DNA from: Candidatus Poribacteria bacterium
GTDB taxonomy: Bacteria; Poribacteria; WGA-4E; PCPOR2b
Direction of reading: 5' to 3'
Assembly (NCBI GenBank): GCA_965116925.1
Contig: OZ220744.1
Span: forward strand, 4,800,001 to 4,864,000
Length of the DNA stretch: 64,000 nucleotides
Part shown: in pieces, positions 1-7,940 of the stretch
How positions within the stretch are numbered: position 1 is the stretch's first letter
Layout: every line of letters starts with the position of its first letter
Program-made: the position numbers and the translations under genes
The notes under the pieces: model-generated
Database searches by the model: none
Seen by the model: the letters and a program-made list of their open reading frames with translations, nothing else
Told to the model about the DNA's origin: nothing

Positions 1-453
1 CCGTTCGATGCTGGCATCGCTGAAGACGCGCAGGGTACTTTCCCGTAATGTGAAGGGTATGGATAGACCAATTAGGAGATAGGTACATATCAAGAGTGCC
101 GTCCCGATATAAGGCATCGCTTCCTCAAAGTGTCGGAAGAAGCGGAGAATCGAAATTTTGACCAGAAGTAAAACGCCGATTGTGATGCCGAGCATCAGGT
201 GGGCGACGGTACGCGGTGGGAGCTCAACCTGATAATTCCACAGGCGAGGCACCATGTGCCACATCATGAAGATATAAAGGATCAGATACGCATAGCCGAT
301 AGCCCGGTGGACAAACATCAGCGATTTCGGTGCGGCACTGGTACGGGTTTCATGGTCGAAGGGATACCCCCACAGTTTATACATCAAAAACACGGAAGCA
401 TTCCCCAGACCGAGGAAAATCAACCCAAGTATTGTACTAGTTGCAGTTGACAT
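1..453 (-). CDS. Membrane cytochrome b-like protein, N-terminal 151 aa (continues beyond left edge; missing from ORF track)
   Basis: Manual translation from ATG at 453: MSTATSTILGLIFLGLGNASVFLMYKLWGYPFD...MFVHRAIGYAYLILYIFMMWHMVPRLW...TVAHLMLGITIGVLLLVKISILRFF; four hydrophobic helices with His in helices 2 and 3; AGGGGG RBS. Confidence 0.7.
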   Translation of the reverse strand, partial: MSTATSTILGLIFLGLGNASVFLMYKLWGYPFDHETRTSAAPKSLMFVHRAIGYAYLILYIFMMWHMVPRLWNYQVELPPRTVAHLMLGITIGVLLLVKISILRFFRHFEEAMPYIGTALLICTYLLIGLSIPFTLRESTLRVFSDASIER

Positions 454-482
454 CGTATCCCCCTATAGATAGACCTCTGGTA

Positions 483-510
483 GTAGGGAACGCAGATCTG
501 CGTTCCCTAC
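483..510. repeat. 28-bp perfect palindrome GTAGGGAACGCAGATCTGCGTTCCCTAC (GTAG-type REP), copy 1
   Basis: Same sequence at 15005, 40580, 42671. Confidence 0.95.
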
Positions 511-517
511 AATTGCG

Positions 518-1699
518 TCAGAACCAAAAATGCGACATCAGGATGAGCTGATCTGTACCCTCAAGTTGGCGGTCGGTGCTCGTTGTATCGCGCTCATCGT
601 TTGCGATGTTGAGCCAATAGAATAGCTCAAGGGAACCGTTTTCCATAAAGATATATTGCGCTGCAAGTGTCACACGTTGGCTTCCATCTCCTTTGACCGT
701 GCGATCTGGATCGAACAGTCCGTAACGTCCGGAGAGCGTAAGTTCCGGCATCACGCGATATTTCGCACCAAAATAGTAACCCTTGGAGGTGATGTCATCA
801 TCGCTGAAGCCGATACTCTCATCGTCGCCGTAACTGCCCCCAAAATTGAATTCGCCTTCAAGGGTGAGATTTTTGAGGGCGGCAGTCAAAAAAGCCCCAG
901 CAGTCATTTCACGATCTAGGTCTCTGTCTCTATCAAGGAGAAAGGAGACACCGCCTCGCAAGGGTCCAAGCGTAGTGCCGGCAGTTGCAGCCATCCCTTT
1001 ATGTTGGTTGCTATCTGCGGCCTGTCCAGCACTCCGATTTCCGTTGACCAGAGCGGCATTGTAAAATACCTTGCCGTAAGTACCACCGACCTCAACGCCG
1101 ACATCCCGTTTATGTGATCCGAGGTTATACCCTTGACGAACCAAGATATTGTGGTCTCTCTGTTTAAGGCCAAACGGAAGGCGGAATTGCCCCACTTTGA
1201 CGTAGAGGTGTTTGGGGATAGCATCAACCGTCGCAAACATGTTGAGAGTCGCACCCATATTGTTGGATAGGGTCAGTCTGAGTTTGTCCGATGCTTGTGC
1301 ATTGACGGTCAATTCGCCCTGCATCAGAAGGAAACTATCAACGGATGAATGGCATGAGGTACAGGTGGCTCTTGCGCGTCCTTCGAGATCGACATGGGTT
1401 GTTTTGATATACGCGGTACGGATGTTGACCGCTGTTGTGAGTCTTTGGCGCACCTCTTCCGCCTCTTTCATAATTGCTTCCGGATCGAAATCCTCCGGAA
1501 ATTCAAAGTAGTTATCTTCATAAACCTGCCCAATCGCATTGCGCGGTCCGCCGCCTGCCGGATCGAGATGGCAGAAGATACACTCTTTGTCTTCCATCGC
1601 TGCAAACTCCGGGCGCGCCATGCTATCAGAGACGAAAGAAAGCGTCAATAATGCGCTGAATAAAAAGACTAAAAATCCAAACTGAAACCTGTATATCAA
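518..1699 (-). CDS. Cyc2-like fused cytochrome c / outer-membrane beta-barrel with two CxxCH motifs
   Basis: Signal peptide ending SMA; ARPEFAAMEDKECIFCH (aa 28-44); second motif CTSCH (aa 113-117); porin-like KVGQFRLPFG and RDVGVEVGG; amphipathic strands; C-terminal HFWF; GAGGAGG RBS. Confidence 0.75.
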   Translation of the reverse strand: MIYRFQFGFLVFLFSALLTLSFVSDSMARPEFAAMEDKECIFCHLDPAGGGPRNAIGQVYEDNYFEFPEDFDPEAIMKEAEEVRQRLTTAVNIRTAYIKTTHVDLEGRARATCTSCHSSVDSFLLMQGELTVNAQASDKLRLTLSNNMGATLNMFATVDAIPKHLYVKVGQFRLPFGLKQRDHNILVRQGYNLGSHKRDVGVEVGGTYGKVFYNAALVNGNRSAGQAADSNQHKGMAATAGTTLGPLRGGVSFLLDRDRDLDREMTAGAFLTAALKNLTLEGEFNFGGSYGDDESIGFSDDDITSKGYYFGAKYRVMPELTLSGRYGLFDPDRTVKGDGSQRVTLAAQYIFMENGSLELFYWLNIANDERDTTSTDRQLEGTDQLILMSHFWF

Positions 1700-1764
1700 T
1701 TGATGACCTCCTCAATGTATAGCTAAAACGTAAAAAACAGAGATATTGATTTGCTTGTCGTCTA

Positions 1765-2547
1765 TTATTCGAGTGTTACGAACACAAAATCTGTAGCAGC
1801 AGCACCTGAGTGGCAACCTGTGCAGACCCCCCCTTCAAAAGCCAAGCGAAACTCTGCGTCTGGTGCGCCTCGCAAAAATTCCTCAAATCTCCAGTCTCCA
1901 AAAGCGGGATTACTTCCTGCTTCCTTCCACATCACTGCGACTAGTCCAATAAAGTCTTGATCCGGACGAGTTGCATCCTTCACGACAATCGAGCCGTCCG
2001 GATAAGGGAACTGCTGTTGACCATTCGGAGCAATTTCCGCACGTGTTTTGTTGACATAGACATTTTTCGTTCCGCGATGCGGGTCAAAGCCCGGCACCGG
2101 CGGAATCGGTTGCGCGTTTAACTTCAGCCACTGATCATACCCTGCTATATCCTCCGGCAGGCCTGGAAGGGCAGCCGGTGGTTCGGGTTCCGGTTGTGGC
2201 ATCGGTTCTACTCGCGGTGGTTCGGGTTGTGGCTGCGGCTGCTGGACAGGTGGTTCAGGCATCTGACCACCCGGCTGCGGTTGTGGTTGGGCAGGCGGTT
2301 GTGGCATCTGTTCACCCGGTTGCGGCTGTGGTTGGACAGGCGGTTGCGGCGTCTGCTCACCCGGTTGTGGCTGCTGTTGGGCGGGTGGTTGTGGAGTCTG
2401 TTCACCCGGCGACGGCTGTTGGGCGATGGGTGGCTCAGGTTTGACCACTTCCCCTTCATCTCCACAAGAAACGAAAATTATACAGGCAACAATAATAAGG
2501 TTCAAAATCAAGGGACCTAGATATTTTTGGATCATCTTTTTCTCCAT
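1765..2547 (-). CDS. Cytochrome P460-family lipoprotein with Pro/Gln-rich linker
   Basis: Lipobox FVSC; VYVN, YPDGSIVVKD, VMWK, GDWRFEEF, CTGCH, DFVF match the P460 / c'-beta fold pattern. Confidence 0.85.
   Translation of the reverse strand: MEKKMIQKYLGPLILNLIIVACIIFVSCGDEGEVVKPEPPIAQQPSPGEQTPQPPAQQQPQPGEQTPQPPVQPQPQPGEQMPQPPAQPQPQPGGQMPEPPVQQPQPQPEPPRVEPMPQPEPEPPAALPGLPEDIAGYDQWLKLNAQPIPPVPGFDPHRGTKNVYVNKTRAEIAPNGQQQFPYPDGSIVVKDATRPDQDFIGLVAVMWKEAGSNPAFGDWRFEEFLRGAPDAEFRLAFEGGVCTGCHSGAAATDFVFVTLE
2178..2440 (-). repeat. About five tandem 45-bp coding repeats (PPxQxQPQPGEQxPQ)
   Basis: Visible in both DNA and translation. Confidence 0.85.
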
Positions 2548-2565
2548 CGTTAGATTTAAGTCAAT

Positions 2566-2656
2566 GGCTCATGTTAAGAAATAGTGCAAAGAAACCGAGT
2601 TTTCAAGAAAAAACTCGGTTTCTGTTCGAATTTCCCACTTTCGTTTCATATGAACC
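2566..2656. mobile_element. MITE family A (GGCTCATGT ends) carrying AGAAACCGAGTTTT hairpin
   Basis: Ends GGCTCATGT / ATATGAACC; perfect 8-bp flanking duplication AAGTCAAT (2558-2565, 2657-2664). Confidence 0.85.
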
Positions 2657-2689
2657 AAGTCAATAAGTTTGGGCGATGTTAAAGTAAAA

Positions 2690-3871
2690 TTAGAGTTCAA
2701 CCGGCTCAAAAACAATCTGGTTGCCAACCTGAATCTGCACAGGGGTTAAATATGCGCCCATTGCGTCCGTATCAACGTGCACGCCTAGCCCAGGTTTACC
2801 CGTCAACCCCACTTTTCCGTCAGATCCAACCTCCAACCGCTCAACCGTTAGGTGTTGAGCGAGTTCAGAACCTTCAGCCGGATACTCCAACAGATCGAAC
2901 GATTCGCTGGTCGCAAACACATGCAGCGAAGCGGCAAGACTCAAATGGCTTTTGAAGGTGTGATTCACATACTGAACCCCATGTTGTTCGGCAAGTTGTC
3001 GCACACGGAAAGCTGCTGTGATACCGCCGATGCGTCCGACATCGATCTGCACAAACTGAATCCCGCCATGCAGAATCAGGTCCTCCGCCATACGATACGT
3101 CCCAGATCCCTCACCGGCAGCAATGGGCACGGGCGGATTCTGCTTTGATAGTCCCATGTACGCTTCTATTGCGTCGGGGGCGAGCGGCTCCTCCAACCAT
3201 GTGGGCGAAAACTGCGCGAACCGTTTTGCACGGGCGTAAGCCGTTTCATAGTCTTCGCCCCAGACGACGCCGGCATCAATCATGATCTGGGCATCCTCTC
3301 CCATACCCTCGCGTGCTGCACGTACTAGCGCAACATCGTTCTCCTCTCCAAATTTCCCCATCGGTCCCCACCCGAACTTTGCAGCACGATAGCCCTGCTC
3401 GCGCAACTGTGTTGCAATCTGATATGTCTCTTCAGGGGTATCGCCAAAGAGGACAGAGGCATACGGTAGCTTGGAATGGCTTTGGCTTTGAGGTTCAAGC
3501 AGACGGTAGATCGGCTCACCGAGCTTCTGCCCAACGATGTCCCATAAAGCAATGTCTGCACCGCTATAGGCGTGGTGGATCTGCTGAATGTCAAGCCCAT
3601 TACGCAACGCCTTTTGATGAAGTCGTACCACATCGTTGGGATCGTCTAACGTCTCCCCAATCAAAGATTCGCGAATATTGATGATGTTCCCGTGTGACAT
3701 TGGACAACAATACACCGTTAAGGATACAAGCGGCGAAGCATCGCACTCGCCCCACCCGGTTATCCCCTCGTCCGTCTGGATACGCACGACAAGTGTATCC
3801 TGTGTACCGTCTGCTGCATCAGTAATCTGCGGCATTTTGAGGTAAAAGGGATCGACAGCGATAATTTTCAT
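2690..3871 (-). CDS. Mandelate racemase / muconate lactonizing enzyme family protein
   Basis: TDEGITGWGE, DIALWDIVG, MIDAG, WLEEP, AAGE, QIDVGRIGGIT motifs. Confidence 0.92.
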   Translation of the reverse strand: MKIIAVDPFYLKMPQITDAADGTQDTLVVRIQTDEGITGWGECDASPLVSLTVYCCPMSHGNIINIRESLIGETLDDPNDVVRLHQKALRNGLDIQQIHHAYSGADIALWDIVGQKLGEPIYRLLEPQSQSHSKLPYASVLFGDTPEETYQIATQLREQGYRAAKFGWGPMGKFGEENDVALVRAAREGMGEDAQIMIDAGVVWGEDYETAYARAKRFAQFSPTWLEEPLAPDAIEAYMGLSKQNPPVPIAAGEGSGTYRMAEDLILHGGIQFVQIDVGRIGGITAAFRVRQLAEQHGVQYVNHTFKSHLSLAASLHVFATSESFDLLEYPAEGSELAQHLTVERLEVGSDGKVGLTGKPGLGVHVDTDAMGAYLTPVQIQVGNQIVFEPVEL

Positions 3872-4179
3872 AGATCAGATCCTTTGCCCATCACCTGAGA
3901 TTCGCACATAATACATGAGCGACAAATCAAAGTCAAGGGATTTCTATCACTGCTAGCAAAGGCAATAATGGGTGGGACCCTGCTATTATAGATGTCATTT
4001 GTAATTCACTTTGATTTTTTTCAGTCAGATGTGATAACATAATTTGATGGTTACAATTTCATCGAGGACATGTGTTTCGATTCTTCTGGTCTGATGCACA
4101 TGATCTGTAAATTTAAGTTCAGAAGCGTCATCAGTTTCTGAGAAAACTCAAAATCTGAAAGGAAAAGTTACTAGATTAA

Positions 4180-5058
4180 ATGAAATTTGGGAAAGTACGT
4201 CATCAATTCGTTACATTATCGTTAGTTGCTAGCTTATTCACCGTATCGGCATGGGGTGCCGATTTTACATTTACCGCCATTCCGGACCAGGATACAACTC
4301 GCCTACAAGAACGGTTCGGCAAGATAGCCGATTACCTTTCGGAGGAATTAGGAATCACGGTGAAGTACATACCTGTGAAATCGTACAGCGCATCGGTTCA
4401 GGCGTTCAAGAACAATGAAGTTCAGTTGGCTTGGTTTGGTGGGTTGTCAGGCGTCCAAGCCCGTATGGCAGTTCCGAATTCAGTCGCTATCGCGCAAGGG
4501 GCGGAAGATCCCGACTTTATCAGCTATTTCATCGCCAATACCAGTACGGGACTGTCGTTCTCCGAAAAATTCCCGAAAGCGATCGCTGATAAGACATTCA
4601 CTTTCGGTTCTAAGGGATCCACATCAGGACGGCTCATGCCTGAACATTTCATCCGACAGGCATTTGACGGGAAGGCACCCCGTGAGGTTTTTAAGCGCGT
4701 CGGCTTCAGCGGCGACCATTCCAAAACCCTCGCACTGGTTCAAGCCGGTAGTTATGAAGTCGGAGCGATGAATTTCAAGGTTTGGCTGAAGGAGGTCGAG
4801 GCTGGCAAAGTGGACCCAACCAAGGTGCAGGTCATCTGGCGCACTCCCGGCTACCCAGACTACAACTGGACAATCCGCGGCAGTGTGGACGAAACTTATG
4901 GCGAAGGGTTCATCAAGAAGGTTCAGAAAGCCCTTCTCGACATCAAGGATCCAGCGATACTTAACGCTTTTCCGAGGGCGAAGTTCATCCCCGCCGATAA
5001 TTCTATGTACCAACCGATCCTTGATACCGCTATTGAGGTTGGGATTATAAGGAATTGA
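4180..5058 (+). CDS. PhnD-family ABC substrate-binding protein (putative selenate-transporter type)
   Basis: Signal peptide; FTAIPDQD, LAWFGGLSGVQAR, FGSKGSTSGRLMP, FSGDH, TPGYPDYNW. Confidence 0.88.
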   Translation: MKFGKVRHQFVTLSLVASLFTVSAWGADFTFTAIPDQDTTRLQERFGKIADYLSEELGITVKYIPVKSYSASVQAFKNNEVQLAWFGGLSGVQARMAVPNSVAIAQGAEDPDFISYFIANTSTGLSFSEKFPKAIADKTFTFGSKGSTSGRLMPEHFIRQAFDGKAPREVFKRVGFSGDHSKTLALVQAGSYEVGAMNFKVWLKEVEAGKVDPTKVQVIWRTPGYPDYNWTIRGSVDETYGEGFIKKVQKALLDIKDPAILNAFPRAKFIPADNSMYQPILDTAIEVGIIRN

Positions 5059-5088
5059 GTTTCATCGAAAAAGTGCAGTGCAGCTCAG

Positions 5089-5146
5089 AGAAACCGAGTT
5101 TTTTCGGAAAAACTCGGTTTCTTTGCACGATTGCTTAACATGAGTC
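5089..5146. repeat. MITE family A partial copy (hairpin plus one end)
   Basis: AGAAACCGAGTTTTTTCGGAAAAACTCGGTTTCT followed by TTGCACGATTGCTTAACATGAGTC. Confidence 0.8.
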
Positions 5147-5432
5147 CCGTAAGATAGGGTATGTTGACATTTTGCTGTCACCAATAAAAATTAGTCTGAA
5201 TCGGGATTTTCAGGATTGAAGGATTTGCAGGATAGAAAACGGAACGGGAAACGGGAGGCGGTGTATTGGTTCATTTAGCCCCAGAGGGGCGACATGTACC
5301 CGTTGTCTGAATCACAGATTAGATGAATTTAGCGGAGGACGCGGATAAGCAAACCAAGCAACCTACGTGCCCGGCAAATCGGGCAACTATAGCAAGGCTT
5401 TAGGCTTGCAGTAGGGCGATTTATCGCTCGTC

Positions 5433-5672
5433 GTGACGCGCAATGAATTGCGCTACTACAAACTGAGGTGGGTAATCCCTAAGAGTTCTAAGGTGATGAA
5501 TGGTGCCCTCGTTTTCGCTGGCACCCGTGTTCCGGTTGAGAGTTTAATTCAGCATCTAACAGCGGGAGACTCGCTTAACAAGTTCCTTGATGACTTTCCA
5601 ACAGTATCTCGTGAGCAAGCGATCGCGTATCTAAAGATGACGCTGGAGGCTGTTGATGCGCGTGCTGCTTGA
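5433..5672 (+). CDS. DUF433-family antitoxin (5' end overlapped by a REP; may be damaged)
   Basis: VMNGALVFAGTRVPVESLIQHL.AG.S...FLDDFPTVSREQ. Confidence 0.8.
   Translation: MTRNELRYYKLRWVIPKSSKVMNGALVFAGTRVPVESLIQHLTAGDSLNKFLDDFPTVSREQAIAYLKMTLEAVDARAA
5435..5466 (-). repeat. GTAG-type REP GACGCGCAATGAATTGCGCTACTACAAACTGA
   Basis: Identical 32-mer at 22304-22335. Confidence 0.9.
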
Positions 5673-5763
5673 TGAGCATCTGCCCCGCAAAAACCCGATG
5701 GCGATTTCAAAATGGCAGATTGCGTTCACCTCGCCCCTTGCGATAATGTGGTACTTATGCTAA
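5656..5763 (+). pseudogene. Truncated DUF5615 / PIN-like toxin
   Basis: MRVLLDEHLPRK overlaps the antitoxin end, then unrelated sequence and a stop after 35 codons. Confidence 0.8.
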
Positions 5764-5787
5764 CATGCTATCTACATTGCGCTCCTC

Positions 5788-5902
5788 ATGAAGATTAATT
5801 TATTAATTGGGTAATTTCCGAGCGATGTCCGGTGCGGTTAGAAACCGCACCTACCGGGTCTGGGGAAATATAGAATTACCCGTTTAATTTCTTAAAACCC
5901 AT
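5788..5902. mobile_element. MITE family E carrying REP GGTGCGGTTAGAAACCGCACCTAC, inserted inside a CGCTCCTCTGGAGCG palindrome
   Basis: Imperfect 29-bp inverted ends ATG...GGGTAATT / AATTACCC...CAT; flanks rejoin to GCGCTCCT-CTGGAGCGC. Confidence 0.6.
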
Positions 5903-6010
5903 CTGGAGCGCGGGTATTGTAGTATCGCTATTCTATAGACATATCGCTCCGCCCCGATAAATCGGGATTCAAAACTGGAGCGAAGGTTTTTATCGGACAA
6001 AGGAGCAAAG

Positions 6011-7060
6011 ATGAAAAACTGTAGCATCTTGAGAAAATACCCCTTTTGGGTGTTAGGACTACTTTTACTCTGTAGTTGTGACTTAGTTCAGGAGCTCATC
6101 CCTTCCGAACCACCAAGCAGTGCAAAAGATCCTGCGCCGATCCGTGTCACTATGATATATCCGGACGATTGTGTGGGGGATGAGGGGTACTGTGACACCC
6201 TCCATCTTGGTGTCAAACGCGCTGAGGCGGAACTTGAGATCCACCTCAACGAGGTTATCGGTCAGCGGAGCGACCCGGTATTGATAGAAATGGTTTTCAG
6301 AGAGGCAGCTCAAAATTCCGACCTAGTTTTAACCGCCGGTTTCCAAATGGGAGAACCGTTGTCGCGCGTAGCAGCCGATTTTCCCGATGTCAAATTTGCG
6401 ATTGTTGATGTTGCCCTTGACATTCCCAATGTCGCCAGTCTCAACTATAAGGCAAACGAAGGCTCATTTCTGGTCGGGGCGATCGCCGGGTTAAAATCGG
6501 AGAGCGGTAAAATCGGCTATATCGGCGGAGTAGATGTGCCCTTACTGCGAGAATTTGAAGCCGGCTACGTCGCTGGGGTTCACGCCGTCAATCCAGATGC
6601 GGTTGTCTCCATAGCATACATCAGCGAAGATACAAGCGGCTTCAATCAGCCGGACAAAGCAAAAGAGATCGCGTTAGTCCAATATGAGAGCGGCGTCGAT
6701 GTTATTTACACCGTTGCCGGTAGATCCGGTCTGGGTGTGCTTGAAGCCGCCCAAGCGCAGGGGAAATATGTCATTTGGGTTGATTCCAACGGTAATCATC
6801 TCGCCCCGGGGACAGTTCTGACAAGTATGGTTAAACAGATCGAGAATTCTGTCTATGGAGTCATCAATGAAGCCGCTGACGGCACTTTTATGGGAGGTCT
6901 CCGATACCAAGGACTCGCAGATGGCGGCGTCGACTATGCCCTTGATGAACATAACCGATCTGAGCTTTCGGACGAAATTATAGCAACCGTCGAATCATTG
7001 AGGGCAAAAATCATCGCCGGTGAAATTATTGTTCCGAATGAGGTCTCGCTTCCACGCTAA
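6011..7060 (+). CDS. BMP-family ABC substrate-binding lipoprotein (nucleoside-binding type)
   Basis: Lipobox LCSC; FPDVKFAIVD, EGSFLVGAIAG, FEAGYVAG, IWVDSN, LTSMVK. Confidence 0.92.
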   Translation: MKNCSILRKYPFWVLGLLLLCSCDLVQELIPSEPPSSAKDPAPIRVTMIYPDDCVGDEGYCDTLHLGVKRAEAELEIHLNEVIGQRSDPVLIEMVFREAAQNSDLVLTAGFQMGEPLSRVAADFPDVKFAIVDVALDIPNVASLNYKANEGSFLVGAIAGLKSESGKIGYIGGVDVPLLREFEAGYVAGVHAVNPDAVVSIAYISEDTSGFNQPDKAKEIALVQYESGVDVIYTVAGRSGLGVLEAAQAQGKYVIWVDSNGNHLAPGTVLTSMVKQIENSVYGVINEAADGTFMGGLRYQGLADGGVDYALDEHNRSELSDEIIATVESLRAKIIAGEIIVPNEVSLPR

Positions 7061-7139
7061 CGCTTTGGTTCATTAGTGCATTGGTTCATTGAGCAACAGG
7101 ACATCAACTTTTGACAAGGACTAATTCTTTAACTTTCAT

Positions 7140-7231
7140 GGCTCATGTAAAAAGAAAGTGCAAAGCACGAATAGAAACCGAGTTTTCAAGAAAAAACTCG
7201 GTTTCTGTTGCACAATTTCTTGACATGAGCG
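7140..7231. mobile_element. MITE family A, complete copy
   Basis: Ends GGCTCATGT / ACATGAGCG; perfect 8-bp duplication ACTTTCAT (7132-7139, 7232-7239); internal hairpin as at 2590. Confidence 0.88.
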
Positions 7232-7253
7232 ACTTTCATTTTTATTTGAGGAT

Positions 7254-7940
7254 ATGAAGTCATCTCCCAGCACCGAACTATTTAACTTGGCTGCAGAAAG
7301 TGTAGCCTACGAAAACAACGTTGTTCTAAAAAATATTACTCTCCAAATTGATAGAGGCGAAAAGGTTGCATTGGTCGGTCCGAGTGGTGCCGGCAAAACG
7401 ACCTTGCTGCGTAGACTCTACAATAGCGTTGCGGATCAATCTGCATTTGTGGACCAACACTATGCCCTTGTACCGCAGCTCTCTGCTTTCCACAATATCT
7501 ATACGGGACGGCTTGATCGATATTCCACATTCCACAACCTTCTGAACCTGATTAAGCCACAGAAGAAGGTGTTGGGGGAAATTACTCCCATTTTGTACGC
7601 GCTGGGAATGGAGGAGAAAATTTTTGAAAAGGTTGCAGCGATGTCTGGCGGACAGCAGCAGCGGGTCGCTGTTGCACGTGCGATTTATCGTGGAGAGGAT
7701 ATCCTATTGGCGGATGAACCGATATCCTCGGTGGACCCCCTTCAAGCGGACACGGTGATGGAAATCATTGTTCAGAACACCGAAACCGTTGTGCTATCAC
7801 TACACGCGGTGGAATTTGCCCTAAAGTTTGCACAGCGGATAGTCGGGCTGAGTGATGGGGAGATTCAATTTGACTTGCCAACAGGAAAGGTGACGCAAAC
7901 GATGCTTACGGAACTGTATCGGAACGGGAATTCCCTTTGA
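7254..7940 (+). CDS. PhnC-like ABC transporter ATP-binding protein
   Basis: Walker A GPSGAGKT, MSGGQQQRVA, LLADEP, SLH. Confidence 0.92.
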   Translation: MKSSPSTELFNLAAESVAYENNVVLKNITLQIDRGEKVALVGPSGAGKTTLLRRLYNSVADQSAFVDQHYALVPQLSAFHNIYTGRLDRYSTFHNLLNLIKPQKKVLGEITPILYALGMEEKIFEKVAAMSGGQQQRVAVARAIYRGEDILLADEPISSVDPLQADTVMEIIVQNTETVVLSLHAVEFALKFAQRIVGLSDGEIQFDLPTGKVTQTMLTELYRNGNSL

